DNA of 64,000 nucleotides, taken from contig JAJEEG010000006.1 of the NCBI GenBank assembly GCA_022821085.1, forward strand, positions 268,405 to 332,404. Reading direction: 5' to 3'. The DNA comes from Candidatus Latescibacterota bacterium (lineage in GTDB: Bacteria > JAAXHH01). This document shows, piece after piece, positions 7,364-18,180 of this stretch. Within the stretch, counting starts at the first letter, position 1; the number at the start of each line of letters is the position of its first letter. The position numbers and the translations under genes were made by a program. The notes under the pieces were generated by a model that searched no databases, was not told the DNA's origin, and saw only the letters and a program-made list of their open reading frames with translations.

Positions 7364-9766
7364 ATGAGCGCGCAAGATCGAAGACCCGAATCCGGACCGC
7401 CGGACCGCACTCAACCGGAACTCGCCCGGCAGGATCCCGCCCGGCAGGACGCTGCCCGGCAGGACCGCGAATGGCGGGCGTTCGTCGAACGGTCGCGGCG
7501 CGAGCCCAAACCCTTCGAGGACCACCTGGAGGCCTTCCGGCGTATATTCGACGGACGCCGCCCGGAGGACGGGCCGCCCGCGGTCTGGGCGCCGGACGAG
7601 GAGACCGTGCGCCGGTCGAACCTATGGGCCAGCATGGCGGCGGTGGGTATGGACCGCTACGAAGATTTCCACACCTGGTCCGTCCGCGATCCTTCCGCCT
7701 TCTGGACCCACACCCTCGAGCGGCTCGGCATCGTATTCACGCGACCGCCGGACGCCATCCTCGACCTGGCCGGGGGTGTCCGCGACCCCCGGTGGCTGCC
7801 GGGCGCCCTGCTCAACATCGTCGACAGCTGCTTTACCGCCGATCCCGGCCGACCAGCAGTCGTCACGCCCGGTTCGGGCGACCCGGAGGGCCTGGACGAC
7901 CCTCACGATCCTGACGATCCTGACGACCCTCGCGATCCTGACGGCCCGGCCGGCCAGGCGCTCCGCACGACGACCTACGGGGAACTGGAAAGCCTCGTCA
8001 ACCGCGTCGCCAACGGCCTGAGCGAGCGGGGCCTTGCGCCGGACCGGGCCATCGCGCTCTACATGCCCCTGAACCGGGCATGCGTGATCGCCTATCTGGC
8101 CATCATCCGCGCGGGTTCGCGGGTCGTCTCCATCGCCGACAGCTTCCCGGCGTCAGAAGTGCGCCGCCGCATGGCCATCGCCGCCGCGAACTGCGTCGTC
8201 ACCATGGACCGGTACGTCCACGCGGGCAAGAGCATACCGCTCTACGACACGGTCGTCGAATCCGGCGCGTCCACGATCATCGTCGTGCCGTCCGGTGGCG
8301 ACGCGATCGCGCCAGGTGCTTCCCCGGCGGCATCAGACGCGCCTCAGCACCACTGCGGCATCCGCGCATCCGACATCCCCTGGTCCGACCTCCTGTCCTC
8401 CGACGATACCTTCGAATCCGTAATCGGCGACCCCTATCGCACGACCAATATCCTGTTCTCTTCGGGGACCACCGGCGAGCCGAAGGCCGTCCCCTGGACC
8501 CACCTGACCCCCATCAAGAGCGCCATGGACGGATACTTCCACCAGGACATCCACGGCGACGACGTGACGACCTGGCCGACGAATATCGGCTGGATGATGG
8601 GGCCGTGGCTCATCTACGCCACCCTGGTCAACGGCGCGTGCATGGCCTTGTATCCCGGCGCGTCGAATACCGCCGAATACCTGCGCTTCATCCGGCGCGC
8701 CGGGGTGACGGTGCAGGGCGTCATCCCCTCGCTGGTGCGGACCTGGCGGCGCGCCGGCGTGGCCGATGAGCGGCGCACCGGCGTTTCCGATGGGCAGCAA
8801 GGCGGCGTGGCCGATGGAATCGACTGGCCGTCCATCCGCGTGTTCAGCTCCACGGGCGAGCCCGCCAGCCGGACCGACTACCTGTGGCTCATGAGCCGGG
8901 CCGGATACCGCGCGCCCGTGATCGAGTACCTGGGCGGCACCGAAATCGGGGGCGGCCACCTGGCCTGCACGGTCCTTCAGCCCTGCTCGCCCGCGGCATT
9001 CACCACGGCGAATCTGGGTGTGGATTTCGTTATACTGGAAAAGACCGGCAAGGAGGCCGGGGAGACCGGCTGGGAGGCCGGGGAGACCGGAGAGGCCGGG
9101 GAGGCGGGGAAGGCGGGCAAGGAGGCCGGGGAGGGCGAAACCGGCGAGCTCTTCCTCATGCCGCCCGCCCTGGGCATGTCGCAGCGGCTGCTCAACGGAG
9201 ACCACGACGAAGTCTACTACAATGGCTGTCCGGCAGGTCCCCGGGGCGAGGTCCTGCGCCGGCACGGCGACCACACCAAGCGGCTTTATCACGGCTACTA
9301 CCGGGCCCAGGGACGCGCCGACGACGGGATGAACCTGGGCGGCATCCTGGTCAGCCCCCTGGAACTGGAACGGATCATCGACGGGCATCCCGCCGTCTAT
9401 GAGAGTGCGGCCGTGGCGGTGCAGCCCGAGGGGGAAGGGGCGGAAAGACTGGTGGTCTTCGTCGTCGCCGAAGCGGGCGCCGCCGCTGACGCCGATCTCG
9501 CAGCCGATGCGCTAGATTCGGAACTCGACACCGGCCCGGGTGGCGCCGCCGGGCCCTGGTCGGCCGGTCCACCCGTTGACGCTGAGCCCGACGCCCGAAC
9601 GCTCACGCCCGATCTCGACCCCGAAGCACTAAAATCACAACTCCAGGCCATGGTCTCTGCCGGACTCAACCCGCTGTTCAAAATATACCGGGTCGTTATC
9701 GTGGAGGAACTTCCTCACACCGCGTCGGGAAAGCTGATCCGCCGTGTCCTCAGAGACATGACGTAA
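7364..9766 (+). CDS. acetoacetyl-CoA synthetase-like AMP-forming ligase with N-terminal extension and low-complexity insertions
   Basis: AACS-type N-terminus (VWAPDEE...RYEDFHTWSVRDPSAFW). Acyl-adenylate motif FSSGTTGEPK and C-terminal catalytic Lys (SGKLIRR). Insertions: an acidic DP repeat and a GEAG/KEAG repeat. Confidence 0.85.
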   Translation: MSAQDRRPESGPPDRTQPELARQDPARQDAARQDREWRAFVERSRREPKPFEDHLEAFRRIFDGRRPEDGPPAVWAPDEETVRRSNLWASMAAVGMDRYEDFHTWSVRDPSAFWTHTLERLGIVFTRPPDAILDLAGGVRDPRWLPGALLNIVDSCFTADPGRPAVVTPGSGDPEGLDDPHDPDDPDDPRDPDGPAGQALRTTTYGELESLVNRVANGLSERGLAPDRAIALYMPLNRACVIAYLAIIRAGSRVVSIADSFPASEVRRRMAIAAANCVVTMDRYVHAGKSIPLYDTVVESGASTIIVVPSGGDAIAPGASPAASDAPQHHCGIRASDIPWSDLLSSDDTFESVIGDPYRTTNILFSSGTTGEPKAVPWTHLTPIKSAMDGYFHQDIHGDDVTTWPTNIGWMMGPWLIYATLVNGACMALYPGASNTAEYLRFIRRAGVTVQGVIPSLVRTWRRAGVADERRTGVSDGQQGGVADGIDWPSIRVFSSTGEPASRTDYLWLMSRAGYRAPVIEYLGGTEIGGGHLACTVLQPCSPAAFTTANLGVDFVILEKTGKEAGETGWEAGETGEAGEAGKAGKEAGEGETGELFLMPPALGMSQRLLNGDHDEVYYNGCPAGPRGEVLRRHGDHTKRLYHGYYRAQGRADDGMNLGGILVSPLELERIIDGHPAVYESAAVAVQPEGEGAERLVVFVVAEAGAAADADLAADALDSELDTGPGGAAGPWSAGPPVDAEPDARTLTPDLDPEALKSQLQAMVSAGLNPLFKIYRVVIVEELPHTASGKLIRRVLRDMT

Positions 9767-9810
9767 CCTGGCGTCTGAACGCCTGTGGTCATGCAAAAGC
9801 CCCCGGCCGG

Positions 9811-10713
9811 TTATTGTTTCGATCTGTCCACGTGCCTGAGGTAGGTTTCGCTGGCAAAGAACAGGAAATCGTACGATCGCACCCGGTCGCGCCAATTGGT
9901 AGCGAGGTGGCGATATGTAAACACCCCCCTGGATTTCGATGGCAGCGTATCCTCTCCGTCATGTGTCACAACGGGCACAATCACATAATCCAGTTGCTCG
10001 CCGTTCTCGTCTTTCCAGACAACCGTGACAATGACGTCGCTGATTTCCGTACCCGTGTTATTCAATATGGTCCCGTTGCCAGTCACATATATACCGCCTG
10101 GGTCCGTGGAGAAGATTGCGCTTTCCTCCAGCAAGATTAAAGGTACCGGTGATAATTCGTCCCTGTCGTCTTCAGGGCGCAGGTCCCTGACTCTGACAAA
10201 GGCTGTATTGATGAAGAAACCCCAGTCAACATTGGCAATACGATCGTGAACAAGCGTTACATCATGTCGCCCGTTATAAGTGAGCGTTTCTCCTGGTTCG
10301 ACTTCTTTCTCATCTTCCGGTTCGATTATCGTAAAGAATACCCTACCAATCCTGGCGCCCTGGGTGTCATTTAAGAATATCCCCAACTGAATGAAACTAT
10401 CCTTCAGCGTATGGTCGGTTATGTTCTTAATGACGAGATGCATCACGGCATGTTTCTGCCCGTTCTCCGCGGTCTCATAATCGAGAATAAACTCTGATAA
10501 CTCGAAGACATATTCGAACGACAACAGACCGGGGATACCCGGCGGGCCTTGAGGCCCGGCCTCCCCCTGTGGCCCCGGTGGACCGGCAGGTCCCTGAGGG
10601 CCTTCGGTTCCGACCCCCGGAATTCCCTGCGGACCTTGAGGACCTGCCGGGCCTGCCGGGCCCTCACATGCCGAGAAAACAAAGAGCACTGAAAAGAGAA
10701 CCAGGTATCGCAT
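9811..10713 (-). CDS. lipoprotein with N-terminal collagen-like G-X-Y stalk and unknown C-terminal domain
   Basis: Signal peptide plus lipobox (FSAC). About 40 residues of collagen-like repeat follow immediately ([17 protein letters not shown]...GPPGIPG). Confidence 0.7.
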   Translation of the reverse strand: MRYLVLFSVLFVFSACEGPAGPAGPQGPQGIPGVGTEGPQGPAGPPGPQGEAGPQGPPGIPGLLSFEYVFELSEFILDYETAENGQKHAVMHLVIKNITDHTLKDSFIQLGIFLNDTQGARIGRVFFTIIEPEDEKEVEPGETLTYNGRHDVTLVHDRIANVDWGFFINTAFVRVRDLRPEDDRDELSPVPLILLEESAIFSTDPGGIYVTGNGTILNNTGTEISDVIVTVVWKDENGEQLDYVIVPVVTHDGEDTLPSKSRGVFTYRHLATNWRDRVRSYDFLFFASETYLRHVDRSKQ

Positions 10714-10781
10714 CGTTACCCCCTTTGTTCATGTTCAGAACGGTTGGGAAGGATCGCCGTTGCCGCCGGCCTCCACCCCAC

Positions 10782-13700
10782 TCACGGCACCCCGGTGCTG
10801 ACGACGACCTTCAGGCCCGGTTCGGGCAGCGTGCGACGCGCGGACACCCGGGATGTTCCCGGCGCCGGCCAGTCACGGAGGAAACCCCGGATTTCACCGG
10901 TGACCTCATCCAGCAGCAGTGCGGCGGACGAACCGCCTTCCACACCGCTATCCAGGCCGCCGTCCCGACCGCCGTCCAGGCCGCCTTTCTTGCTCATCGC
11001 TACAATGCCCCCGGGTCCGGACAGTTCGATACGCCCCAGCGCAGCGGGCCAGTCCGCGCTCAGCGGAACCGCGAAGACGAACCCGCCGGCTTCGACGTTG
11101 CCTTCCCCGCACACGATCTCGTCCATGGCGAAGCTCATATCGAATAGCGTGTTTCCATTGGCGGCCGCCCCGGATATCCGGTAGGGGCCGCGCTCCGGAG
11201 GCAGGGTCGGCGGCGCGTCGACCACGAATGAAGGCTCCAGGTAGAGCGCTCCGTCCTCGTCGACGCCTCCCCAGACCAGCAGGCTCTTGCCGGACGGCGA
11301 GAAGGATGAAACGGAGGGACGGTGCGACGCCCCGGACAACCTGTATTCCATCGACTTCCTGAAATTATAGTCGCTGGTCCAGTCGGGCGGACCGCAACCT
11401 GACATGTGATCCGGTGTAAACGGCGGCACAAGTTCGTTATTCCAGATATCATATCCCCAGACGCCGATATTTCCATCCGGGTAAGGGTAATTCTCGTCGA
11501 TGCCCGTCGGCCTTCCACACGGCGCATGCCCCAGGCTGAAGTTGTGTCCCAGTTCGTGGCCGATGTAGTAGGGATGAAGTTCGGCAACGGAATCGAGACC
11601 AGGCCTGAAGGCCCGTCCCCCTCCGCCGTAGACGATGCCCAGGTAGTACCAGTCCGCGCTGTCCATGGTTCGGGTCATCCGGGTCAGAAGGAGCGTGGAA
11701 TGCGTATCTACCGGCTCTTCCGAAACCCATACCGGGCTTCGAGCGTCCACAACCAGCTCGTGTACCGGAAGGTAAGTCATGGTCGGTCTCAGGTACTCGG
11801 AAGCCGATGTAACGCCGTTGATCTCCGCCAGTAGCGCTTCGTCCGGATTATCCGTCCATACCAGGGGAACCAGGGTCAGTTTCATCGGCGGAATCTCGTG
11901 CACGGCAACGGGGATCGCGCCCGATGCGGGAAGGCGGTCGGGCAACGGTACGGGCGCATCGTGAGTTCCATCCGGATCGATCTCTATGACCATCTCCAGT
12001 GTCGGCTGGATGACCGAACTGGGTATCATCGCGTTGGCCGTGGCTTCAAGGTCTCCCGCGTCGATGAGCGGCGGAATGACCTTGCCTTCGGTCCGCAGAT
12101 TCGTGACGTGTACCTGCGCATTGTTCAGGAAGAACCGCGCGGTCATGGGCGGCATGGGCGTTTCTACGGGCGCCGAGATGAATACGCGCAGGAGCGCTTC
12201 TTCTCCCGCCACCAGGGGCACGCTTGATCCCAGGGTCTGGGTCGACTGGGTCAGTACGGCCTTCGAACTCACCACGTTCACCTCCAGACAGGTGTTTACG
12301 CGGGAGTTGGGAATCGTATTGAGCCACTCCCACAGTACAGAATCTACGGGCTCGCACAACCTGGTGAGATCGAGCCGCAGTTCTTCCAGCATCAATCCGG
12401 TCAGGGCCGCCGGGATTCCTCCGGTGAGTCTGGCGTTATAGGACAGGTCGAGCTTTTTGAGGCTGACCAGACCACCGAACGACTCAGGCACGGCGCCCGT
12501 AAGCTCGTTATCCCGCAAGTCCAATTCCACGAGTTGCCCGAGCCGCCCCAGTTCGGGGGGGATTTCGCCCGTTAAACCGTTCCAGGGCATCTGCAGCTTC
12601 TCGAGATGCTCAAGCGCTCCCAGATCGGGCGGAATGGCCTCCGTCAGTCTGTTTACTCCCAGATCCAGTATGACTAGATGGGAGAGTCGTCCCAACTCGG
12701 ATGGGATGCCTCCCGTCAACCGGTTATTCGAAAGACTCAGTACCTTCAGTTGTTCAAGCTGCCCGAGTTCCGGCGGGATTTCGCCCGATAACGAATTGCC
12801 GGTCAAATACAGAGACTCGAGCTTTTGCATTTGCCCGATTTCGGAAGGGATGTCGCCGGTCAACCGATTAAGTGCGAGGCTCAGAAAGGTCAATTGGGAG
12901 ATTTGCCCCAGTTCGGAGGGGATGCCTCCCGTCAACCGGTTGTTGTAGAGATCGAGGTCGTTGAGTTTTTTGAGTCTCCCGAGCTCCGCCGGTATTTCAC
13001 CTGATAACTGGTTGTTTGATATACCCAGTGACGTCAGGGATTCCATCCTCCCCAGCTCCGCCGGTATTGCGCCGGTTAACTGGTTGTTTTCGAGTTTCAG
13101 TCCCTCCAGATTTTCCAGCAGCCCGAGTTCCGCCGGTATTTCTCCGGTCAGCCGGTTAAGGCCGAGATACAGGAGTTTCAGGTTTTTCAGCTCGCCCAGC
13201 GCGGATGGGATATCGCCCGACAACTGGTTGTTATAGAGGTTGATGACCGTGAGGCCGGAGAGTTGCCCCAGTTCGCGAGGTAAACGGCCGGACATTTCAT
13301 TCCCGGGAAGCCACAACGACCATATGCGGCCTTCCTGGTCTGTGTCTATACCATGCCAGGTCCTCAGGGGTTCCCCGCTCAGCCAGTTCGTGTTGTCCGA
13401 CCAGTTGGGCCCGTCCGTTGCGTTGTACAATGCGATCATAGCCTGCAGATCCGGTCCCGCCTCCTCTGCCGAGACGACGAACCTGGCGATGGCCTCCGCG
13501 TCCCCGGACCGGACCGAAATCCGGGCCGATCCTTCGCCGGTGGCGGTCACCAGCCCGTCCGGACTGACCGTCGCCACGGATTCGTCGCTGCTCGACCATT
13601 CCATGTCGGCCTCTTCGATGGGATGTTCGTTCCGATCGAGCACGACGGCGGCCAGCCGAATGGTGTCGCCGACGGCCAGGGCCCAGGCTTCTTCCGGTCC

Positions 13701-14390
13701 CAGGACGATACTGGTTGCGGCCTGCAGGACCGTAACGTCGACGGTCTCCTCGATGCTTCCTGATTGCGCGGTTACCTGCGCGGTCCCGTTGCCGGCCGAG
13801 AATACCCATCCGCTGTCGCTGACCGTTGCCACGGCCTCGTCGCTGCTCGACCACGCCACGACGGCCTCTACGATCGGATGTCCGTTCTGGTCCATCGCGG
13901 TCGCGACGACCCGGACCGAATCGCCTATGGCCGTAAACATTGCCTCGCCCGGTTCGACTATCAGTTCGACCACATCCTGCATGACCGCGACTTCGATACT
14001 CGCTGTCAGGGTCAGGCTGCGCACCGTGATGCGGGCCTTTCCCGGACCTCGCGCCGTCAACAGGCCCCTGTTGGAGTCAATAGCGGCAACGCGCACGTTG
14101 CTGCTGGACCATACGAGTGGAATGCCCGTCAATGGAGCGTTTCGCTGATCGAACACCGTGGCGGTCAACTGCCGGGTCTGACCGATCGAGTGGAAAGAGA
14201 CGGACGAGGGCATGATTTCGATCCGGGTCGCCACCGGCGCCGGTGGCGGAGGCGGGGACGTAGGCGGGGACGTAGGCGGTTGGGGCGGGCGAGCAGGCTG
14301 GGAAGGGCTTTCCTTTCCGCAGGCGGCCAGGACGAACAGGATAAGGCAAACGGCCAACCCGCGAGTACAAGGTGACGGGAAAGAGTACAA
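10782..14390 (-). CDS. large surface lipoprotein: Big_2 Ig-like domains + leucine-rich repeats + C-terminal metzincin-like zinc metalloprotease domain
   Basis: Lipobox LAACGKES and a Pro-rich linker. Four or more Big_2 modules (VATRIEI...). About 12 plant-type LRRs (LxxLxLxxNxLTGxIPxELGxL). HELGHNFSLGH zinc-binding motif encoded near 11525-11560. Confidence 0.8.
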   Translation of the reverse strand: MYSFPSPCTRGLAVCLILFVLAACGKESPSQPARPPQPPTSPPTSPPPPPAPVATRIEIMPSSVSFHSIGQTRQLTATVFDQRNAPLTGIPLVWSSSNVRVAAIDSNRGLLTARGPGKARITVRSLTLTASIEVAVMQDVVELIVEPGEAMFTAIGDSVRVVATAMDQNGHPIVEAVVAWSSSDEAVATVSDSGWVFSAGNGTAQVTAQSGSIEETVDVTVLQAATSIVLGPEEAWALAVGDTIRLAAVVLDRNEHPIEEADMEWSSSDESVATVSPDGLVTATGEGSARISVRSGDAEAIARFVVSAEEAGPDLQAMIALYNATDGPNWSDNTNWLSGEPLRTWHGIDTDQEGRIWSLWLPGNEMSGRLPRELGQLSGLTVINLYNNQLSGDIPSALGELKNLKLLYLGLNRLTGEIPAELGLLENLEGLKLENNQLTGAIPAELGRMESLTSLGISNNQLSGEIPAELGRLKKLNDLDLYNNRLTGGIPSELGQISQLTFLSLALNRLTGDIPSEIGQMQKLESLYLTGNSLSGEIPPELGQLEQLKVLSLSNNRLTGGIPSELGRLSHLVILDLGVNRLTEAIPPDLGALEHLEKLQMPWNGLTGEIPPELGRLGQLVELDLRDNELTGAVPESFGGLVSLKKLDLSYNARLTGGIPAALTGLMLEELRLDLTRLCEPVDSVLWEWLNTIPNSRVNTCLEVNVVSSKAVLTQSTQTLGSSVPLVAGEEALLRVFISAPVETPMPPMTARFFLNNAQVHVTNLRTEGKVIPPLIDAGDLEATANAMIPSSVIQPTLEMVIEIDPDGTHDAPVPLPDRLPASGAIPVAVHEIPPMKLTLVPLVWTDNPDEALLAEINGVTSASEYLRPTMTYLPVHELVVDARSPVWVSEEPVDTHSTLLLTRMTRTMDSADWYYLGIVYGGGGRAFRPGLDSVAELHPYYIGHELGHNFSLGHAPCGRPTGIDENYPYPDGNIGVWGYDIWNNELVPPFTPDHMSGCGPPDWTSDYNFRKSMEYRLSGASHRPSVSSFSPSGKSLLVWGGVDEDGALYLEPSFVVDAPPTLPPERGPYRISGAAANGNTLFDMSFAMDEIVCGEGNVEAGGFVFAVPLSADWPAALGRIELSGPGGIVAMSKKGGLDGGRDGGLDSGVEGGSSAALLLDEVTGEIRGFLRDWPAPGTSRVSARRTLPEPGLKVVVSTGVP

Positions 14391-14715
14391 GTACCTTGTC
14401 CCTTCTACCTACGCTTGCATTCAGGTTCTGATGATAACACGAAACACCGGCCCGTCTCAACCCGGTATCTCCGTCATGCCAGGCGGTCTGCCAGGACCGG
14501 CTGGACAGGCTGGGTGGTTTTGATTATAAATATACCGGTTCTTGTATGTAATTTGTGTGTGAAGTGCGGCTCGTTATATGTAATTTGCGCGATATTGGAT
14601 GTATGACTGTCTTTTTGCATTGAACCACGCAAAGGCGGGTACTTAGTGTAGTGGAATTTCGGCCGACCGGCGGTCCACGATTAGCGCGGAAACACACCGT
14701 GAACAGCAGTAGACA

Positions 14716-17091
14716 GTGGAAAAAAACATGACGAGTATGGAAAAACTCAGGCGGGAGAATGCCGCGTTGCGCGAGAGTATCTCCAAGCTGAACTCGGCCA
14801 GCCTGCGTATCAGCGCGAGCCTGGACCTGGAGACCGTCCTGCAGGAAGTCGTGGAAAGCGCCCGTGCACTGACCCGGGCGAGCCACGGCGTCATCGCAAC
14901 GATAGACGAGGAAGGCCGCCCCGTTGACATTCTCACTTCCGGCCTCACGGACGAAGAGCGACGGCAGATGATGGACTGGCCGGATGGTATCAAGCTCTTC
15001 GAACATTTACGCGACCTGCCGGGCGCACTGAGACTGCCGGACGTGCAGGACTACGTGCGGTCGCTGGGATTCTCCCCGGACGTACTGCCGTTCAGTACCT
15101 TCCAGTGCATGCCCATGCGCTCTGGCGCACAACACGTCGGCAGCTTTTTTCTCGCCGATAAGGAGGGTGGCGAGCACTTCACGGACGAGGACGAGGAATT
15201 CCTCGTGCTGTTCGCGTCGCAGGCGGCCACGGCGATCGTCAATGCCCGCGCGTACCGGGCGGAGCAGAGCGCGCGCGCCGACCTGGAAGCCCTGGTCGAG
15301 ACTTCACCGGTGGGCGTTGCGGTTTTTGACGCGGGGTCCGGGTGGCCGAAGTGGTTCAACCGCGAAGCGAGACGGATCGTGGAAGTCCTGATCAGCCCGG
15401 GAAGTCCGCCGGAGTCTTTGCTGGAACAGATCACATTGAAGCGCGCCGACGGACGCGAGATCGCGCTGGACCAGTTCCCGTTGTCCGAGGCGCTGATCCA
15501 CGCCGAGAACGTACGGGCCGAGGAGATCGTGCTATCGGTACCCGACGGACGTTCCGTCGAGACACTGGTAAACTGCACGCCGATCCATTCCGATGAAGGA
15601 GAGGTCCAGTCCGTCGTCGTCACGATGCAGGACCTGGCGCAGATCAAGGAACTGGACCGGTTGCGGACCGAATTCATCAGCATGGTGAGTCACGAGCTTC
15701 GGGCCCCCCTTACCTCCATCAAGGGCTCTGCGGCCACCCTGATGGAGGAATCACCGGGGCTGGATCCCGCGGAGACGCGCGAGTTCTACCGCATCATCAT
15801 GGATCAGACCGATCAAATGCGCCGGTTGATCGGCGACCTGCTGGACGCGGGCCGCATCGACACGGGCACGCTGTCGGTGACACCCGAAGCATCTGAAATC
15901 GCCGTCCTGGTCGACCAGGCGCGAAGCTCCTTTCAGAGCGGCGGCAGCAAGCACACGCTCAGGATCGATCTTCCACCGGACCTGCCGAGGGTCATGGCCG
16001 ATCGCGCGCGCATCATACAGGTATTGAACAACCTGTTCGTCAATGCCGCGCGTCACGCACCGGAGTCCTCCCCCATCCAGGTCTCCGCCATACATGATTG
16101 CCAACACGTCGAAGTCTCGGTACGCGACGAAGGCATCGGCGTGGCGCCTGAGATGTTGCCGCACCTTTTTCATAAGCACATCGGACTTGACGACCGTGCA
16201 CGCTCTTCCAATACAGCCGGCACGCGGCTGGGTCTTGCCATCTGCAAGGGGCTCGTCGAGGCCCACGGAGGGCGAATCTGGGCGGAAAGCGCGGGTATCG
16301 GCCAGGGCACGCGCATTGCCTTCACCATCCCGGTGATCCAGGAATCCGTGACCGCGGACCGCGCAACGATTCGGAGGGAAGCGCCCGGCGAAGACGAAGT
16401 GTTCGAACCCACGCGCATACTCGTGGTCGACGACGACCCAAGGATGCTGCAGTACATTCGGGACGCCCTCACCGAATCCGGTTTCGACCCGGTCGTAACC
16501 GGCGACCACGTCGAACTGTCGAGCATCATTCGGGCCGAAAAACCCCAACTGGTCCTGCTCGACCTGATATTGCCCGATACAGATGGCATAGAGTTGATGA
16601 GAAGCTTATCAGAACTATCCGATATCCCGGTCATCTTCATCTCTGCCTACGGCCGGGACGAAACCATCGCGAAGGCGCTGGAAGAGGGTGCGGACGACTA
16701 CCTGGTCAAACCCTTCTCGCCGACGGAACTCGTGGCAAGGATACGGACGTCGTTGCGCAGGCGGGCCGATCCCGAACCGTTCCTGCTGGGTGAGCTGGCG
16801 ATCAACTACGACCGTCGCCTGGTGAGCATGGGCGGCGTCCAGGTCGATCTCACCGCCAAGGAGTTCAACCTGCTTCGCGTACTCTCCCTGAACGCGGGCC
16901 GGGTGTCGACCTTCGATGCCCTGATTCGACAGGTTTGGGGTGCGCATGGCTACGCGAACCACAAGCTTGTGCGGAGTCTGATCAAAACGCTTCGGCGCAA
17001 GATTGGAGACGATGCGCGCGCGCCCGACTACATCTTCAACGTACGCGGGGTCGGGTACCGAATGGCCCGGCCCGGCGATGTCAAGGTCTGA
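14716..17091 (+). CDS. fused two-component protein: GAF/PAS sensor histidine kinase + receiver + OmpR-type winged-helix DNA-binding domain
   Basis: HisKA H-box (FISMVSHELRAPL). HATPase region. REC domain (ILVVDDDP...LLDLILPDTDG). Trans_reg_C tail (LTAKEFNLLRVL...GVGYRM). Confidence 0.85.
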   Translation: MEKNMTSMEKLRRENAALRESISKLNSASLRISASLDLETVLQEVVESARALTRASHGVIATIDEEGRPVDILTSGLTDEERRQMMDWPDGIKLFEHLRDLPGALRLPDVQDYVRSLGFSPDVLPFSTFQCMPMRSGAQHVGSFFLADKEGGEHFTDEDEEFLVLFASQAATAIVNARAYRAEQSARADLEALVETSPVGVAVFDAGSGWPKWFNREARRIVEVLISPGSPPESLLEQITLKRADGREIALDQFPLSEALIHAENVRAEEIVLSVPDGRSVETLVNCTPIHSDEGEVQSVVVTMQDLAQIKELDRLRTEFISMVSHELRAPLTSIKGSAATLMEESPGLDPAETREFYRIIMDQTDQMRRLIGDLLDAGRIDTGTLSVTPEASEIAVLVDQARSSFQSGGSKHTLRIDLPPDLPRVMADRARIIQVLNNLFVNAARHAPESSPIQVSAIHDCQHVEVSVRDEGIGVAPEMLPHLFHKHIGLDDRARSSNTAGTRLGLAICKGLVEAHGGRIWAESAGIGQGTRIAFTIPVIQESVTADRATIRREAPGEDEVFEPTRILVVDDDPRMLQYIRDALTESGFDPVVTGDHVELSSIIRAEKPQLVLLDLILPDTDGIELMRSLSELSDIPVIFISAYGRDETIAKALEEGADDYLVKPFSPTELVARIRTSLRRRADPEPFLLGELAINYDRRLVSMGGVQVDLTAKEFNLLRVLSLNAGRVSTFDALIRQVWGAHGYANHKLVRSLIKTLRRKIGDDARAPDYIFNVRGVGYRMARPGDVKV

Positions 17092-17131
17092 CACCAGACG
17101 CCGGCGAACGCTTCGTACCAGGTCGGTTTGC

Positions 17132-17521
17132 TCAGTCCTGCCTCTGCTTCAAAGCCCTGACTTCTCCTTCAACGCGGCCAAGCCTTTTGTTCAAGTCATG
17201 TATATCCGCCCTGACAACCTTGAATTCCTCCTGCATTTCGGTCCTGAGCGACTGCATTTCATCCCTGACGGCCTTGAATTCCTCCTGCATTTCAGCCCTG
17301 ACGGCCTTGAATTCCTCCTGCATTTCAGCCCTGAACGACCGCATTTCAGTCCTGAACGACCTGAATTCCTCCTGCATTTCGGTGCGCAGTTCACCGGTGG
17401 ATTGACCCATAAAGGTGATGACCGCAATGACAAGAATACCGACGGCAACCAGCACCTGGACAAATGCGATCAGTTTCTGGTACATTTCGTTCCCCGCTTT
17501 CGTTTTGCGTTCATGATTCAT
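17132..17521 (-). CDS. small N-terminal-TM protein with 11-residue repeats and C-terminal DLNKRLGRVEG motif (paralog family)
   Basis: 129 aa. TM helix (LIAFVQVLVAVGILVIAVITF). Repeats of the form EMQEEFKAVRA encoded by 33-bp DNA tandem repeats. Confidence 0.65.
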   Translation of the reverse strand: MNHERKTKAGNEMYQKLIAFVQVLVAVGILVIAVITFMGQSTGELRTEMQEEFRSFRTEMRSFRAEMQEEFKAVRAEMQEEFKAVRDEMQSLRTEMQEEFKVVRADIHDLNKRLGRVEGEVRALKQRQD

Positions 17522-17533
17522 TTCTGTTGATCA

Positions 17534-17800
17534 ATACTATTGAAGACATTGGACCGCATCCGGCTCGCCGCACCCGGCTCGTCGCACCCCATTCGACCCT
17601 TCTAAATTGTAACTGTCGGAGCCCATTCTGAAATCCTCGGACTTTTTTGTGTTTTGTTAAGGTTCCGCCAGTTAAGGTTCCGCCAGTTGAAGTTCCGCCC
17701 GGATAAGGCACACAGCAGCCTCTTTCTGCTCGATGGCCTCACCAATTGGGAATTGCCTTATACGCCTCATCCTGTGGTAATTGGCTAATGGCATTGTAAC
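17534..17800. repeat. ~270-bp conserved element, copy A (upstream of minus-strand gene 17132..17521); contains a 15-bp x3 tandem repeat
   Basis: About 80% identity to 19960-20225 (aagacattggac..catccggctcg..gtaactgtcggag..ctgaaatcct.ggacttttttt...gccttatacgc..catcctgtg). Tandem units agttaaggttccgcc at ~17655-17700. Confidence 0.7.
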
Positions 17801-18180
17801 GTCGTTTTGTGATGGGAGAACGCTGACAAGCCCTACGCTAACAGACGCGTCGCGGTCCAGCGCGTCGCGACTCAGCGCTGCGCTGCGAGTCAGTTTAAAA
17901 ACCCTCACTCCCGTCCTTTTGCGTCAACGGCTTGACTGCCCCCTCCACGCGTCCGAGCCTTATTCTCGAACTTTTCACGAAAACACGACAGTCCCCCTTG
18001 CCTTATACCATTACTTATCAGATATTTCACAATACCTCATGACGGAGTAACCACCTCTACGGAAGTTTCTTTCGGTAAAGTAGGAAGCACTTTTACAGCC
18101 AACGGCTTTCCCATCCATATAAAAATCGTCAAATGGGCGTGTAGTATAACCCCAGTGTTTTTCCATCCGAAAGGATTGCC

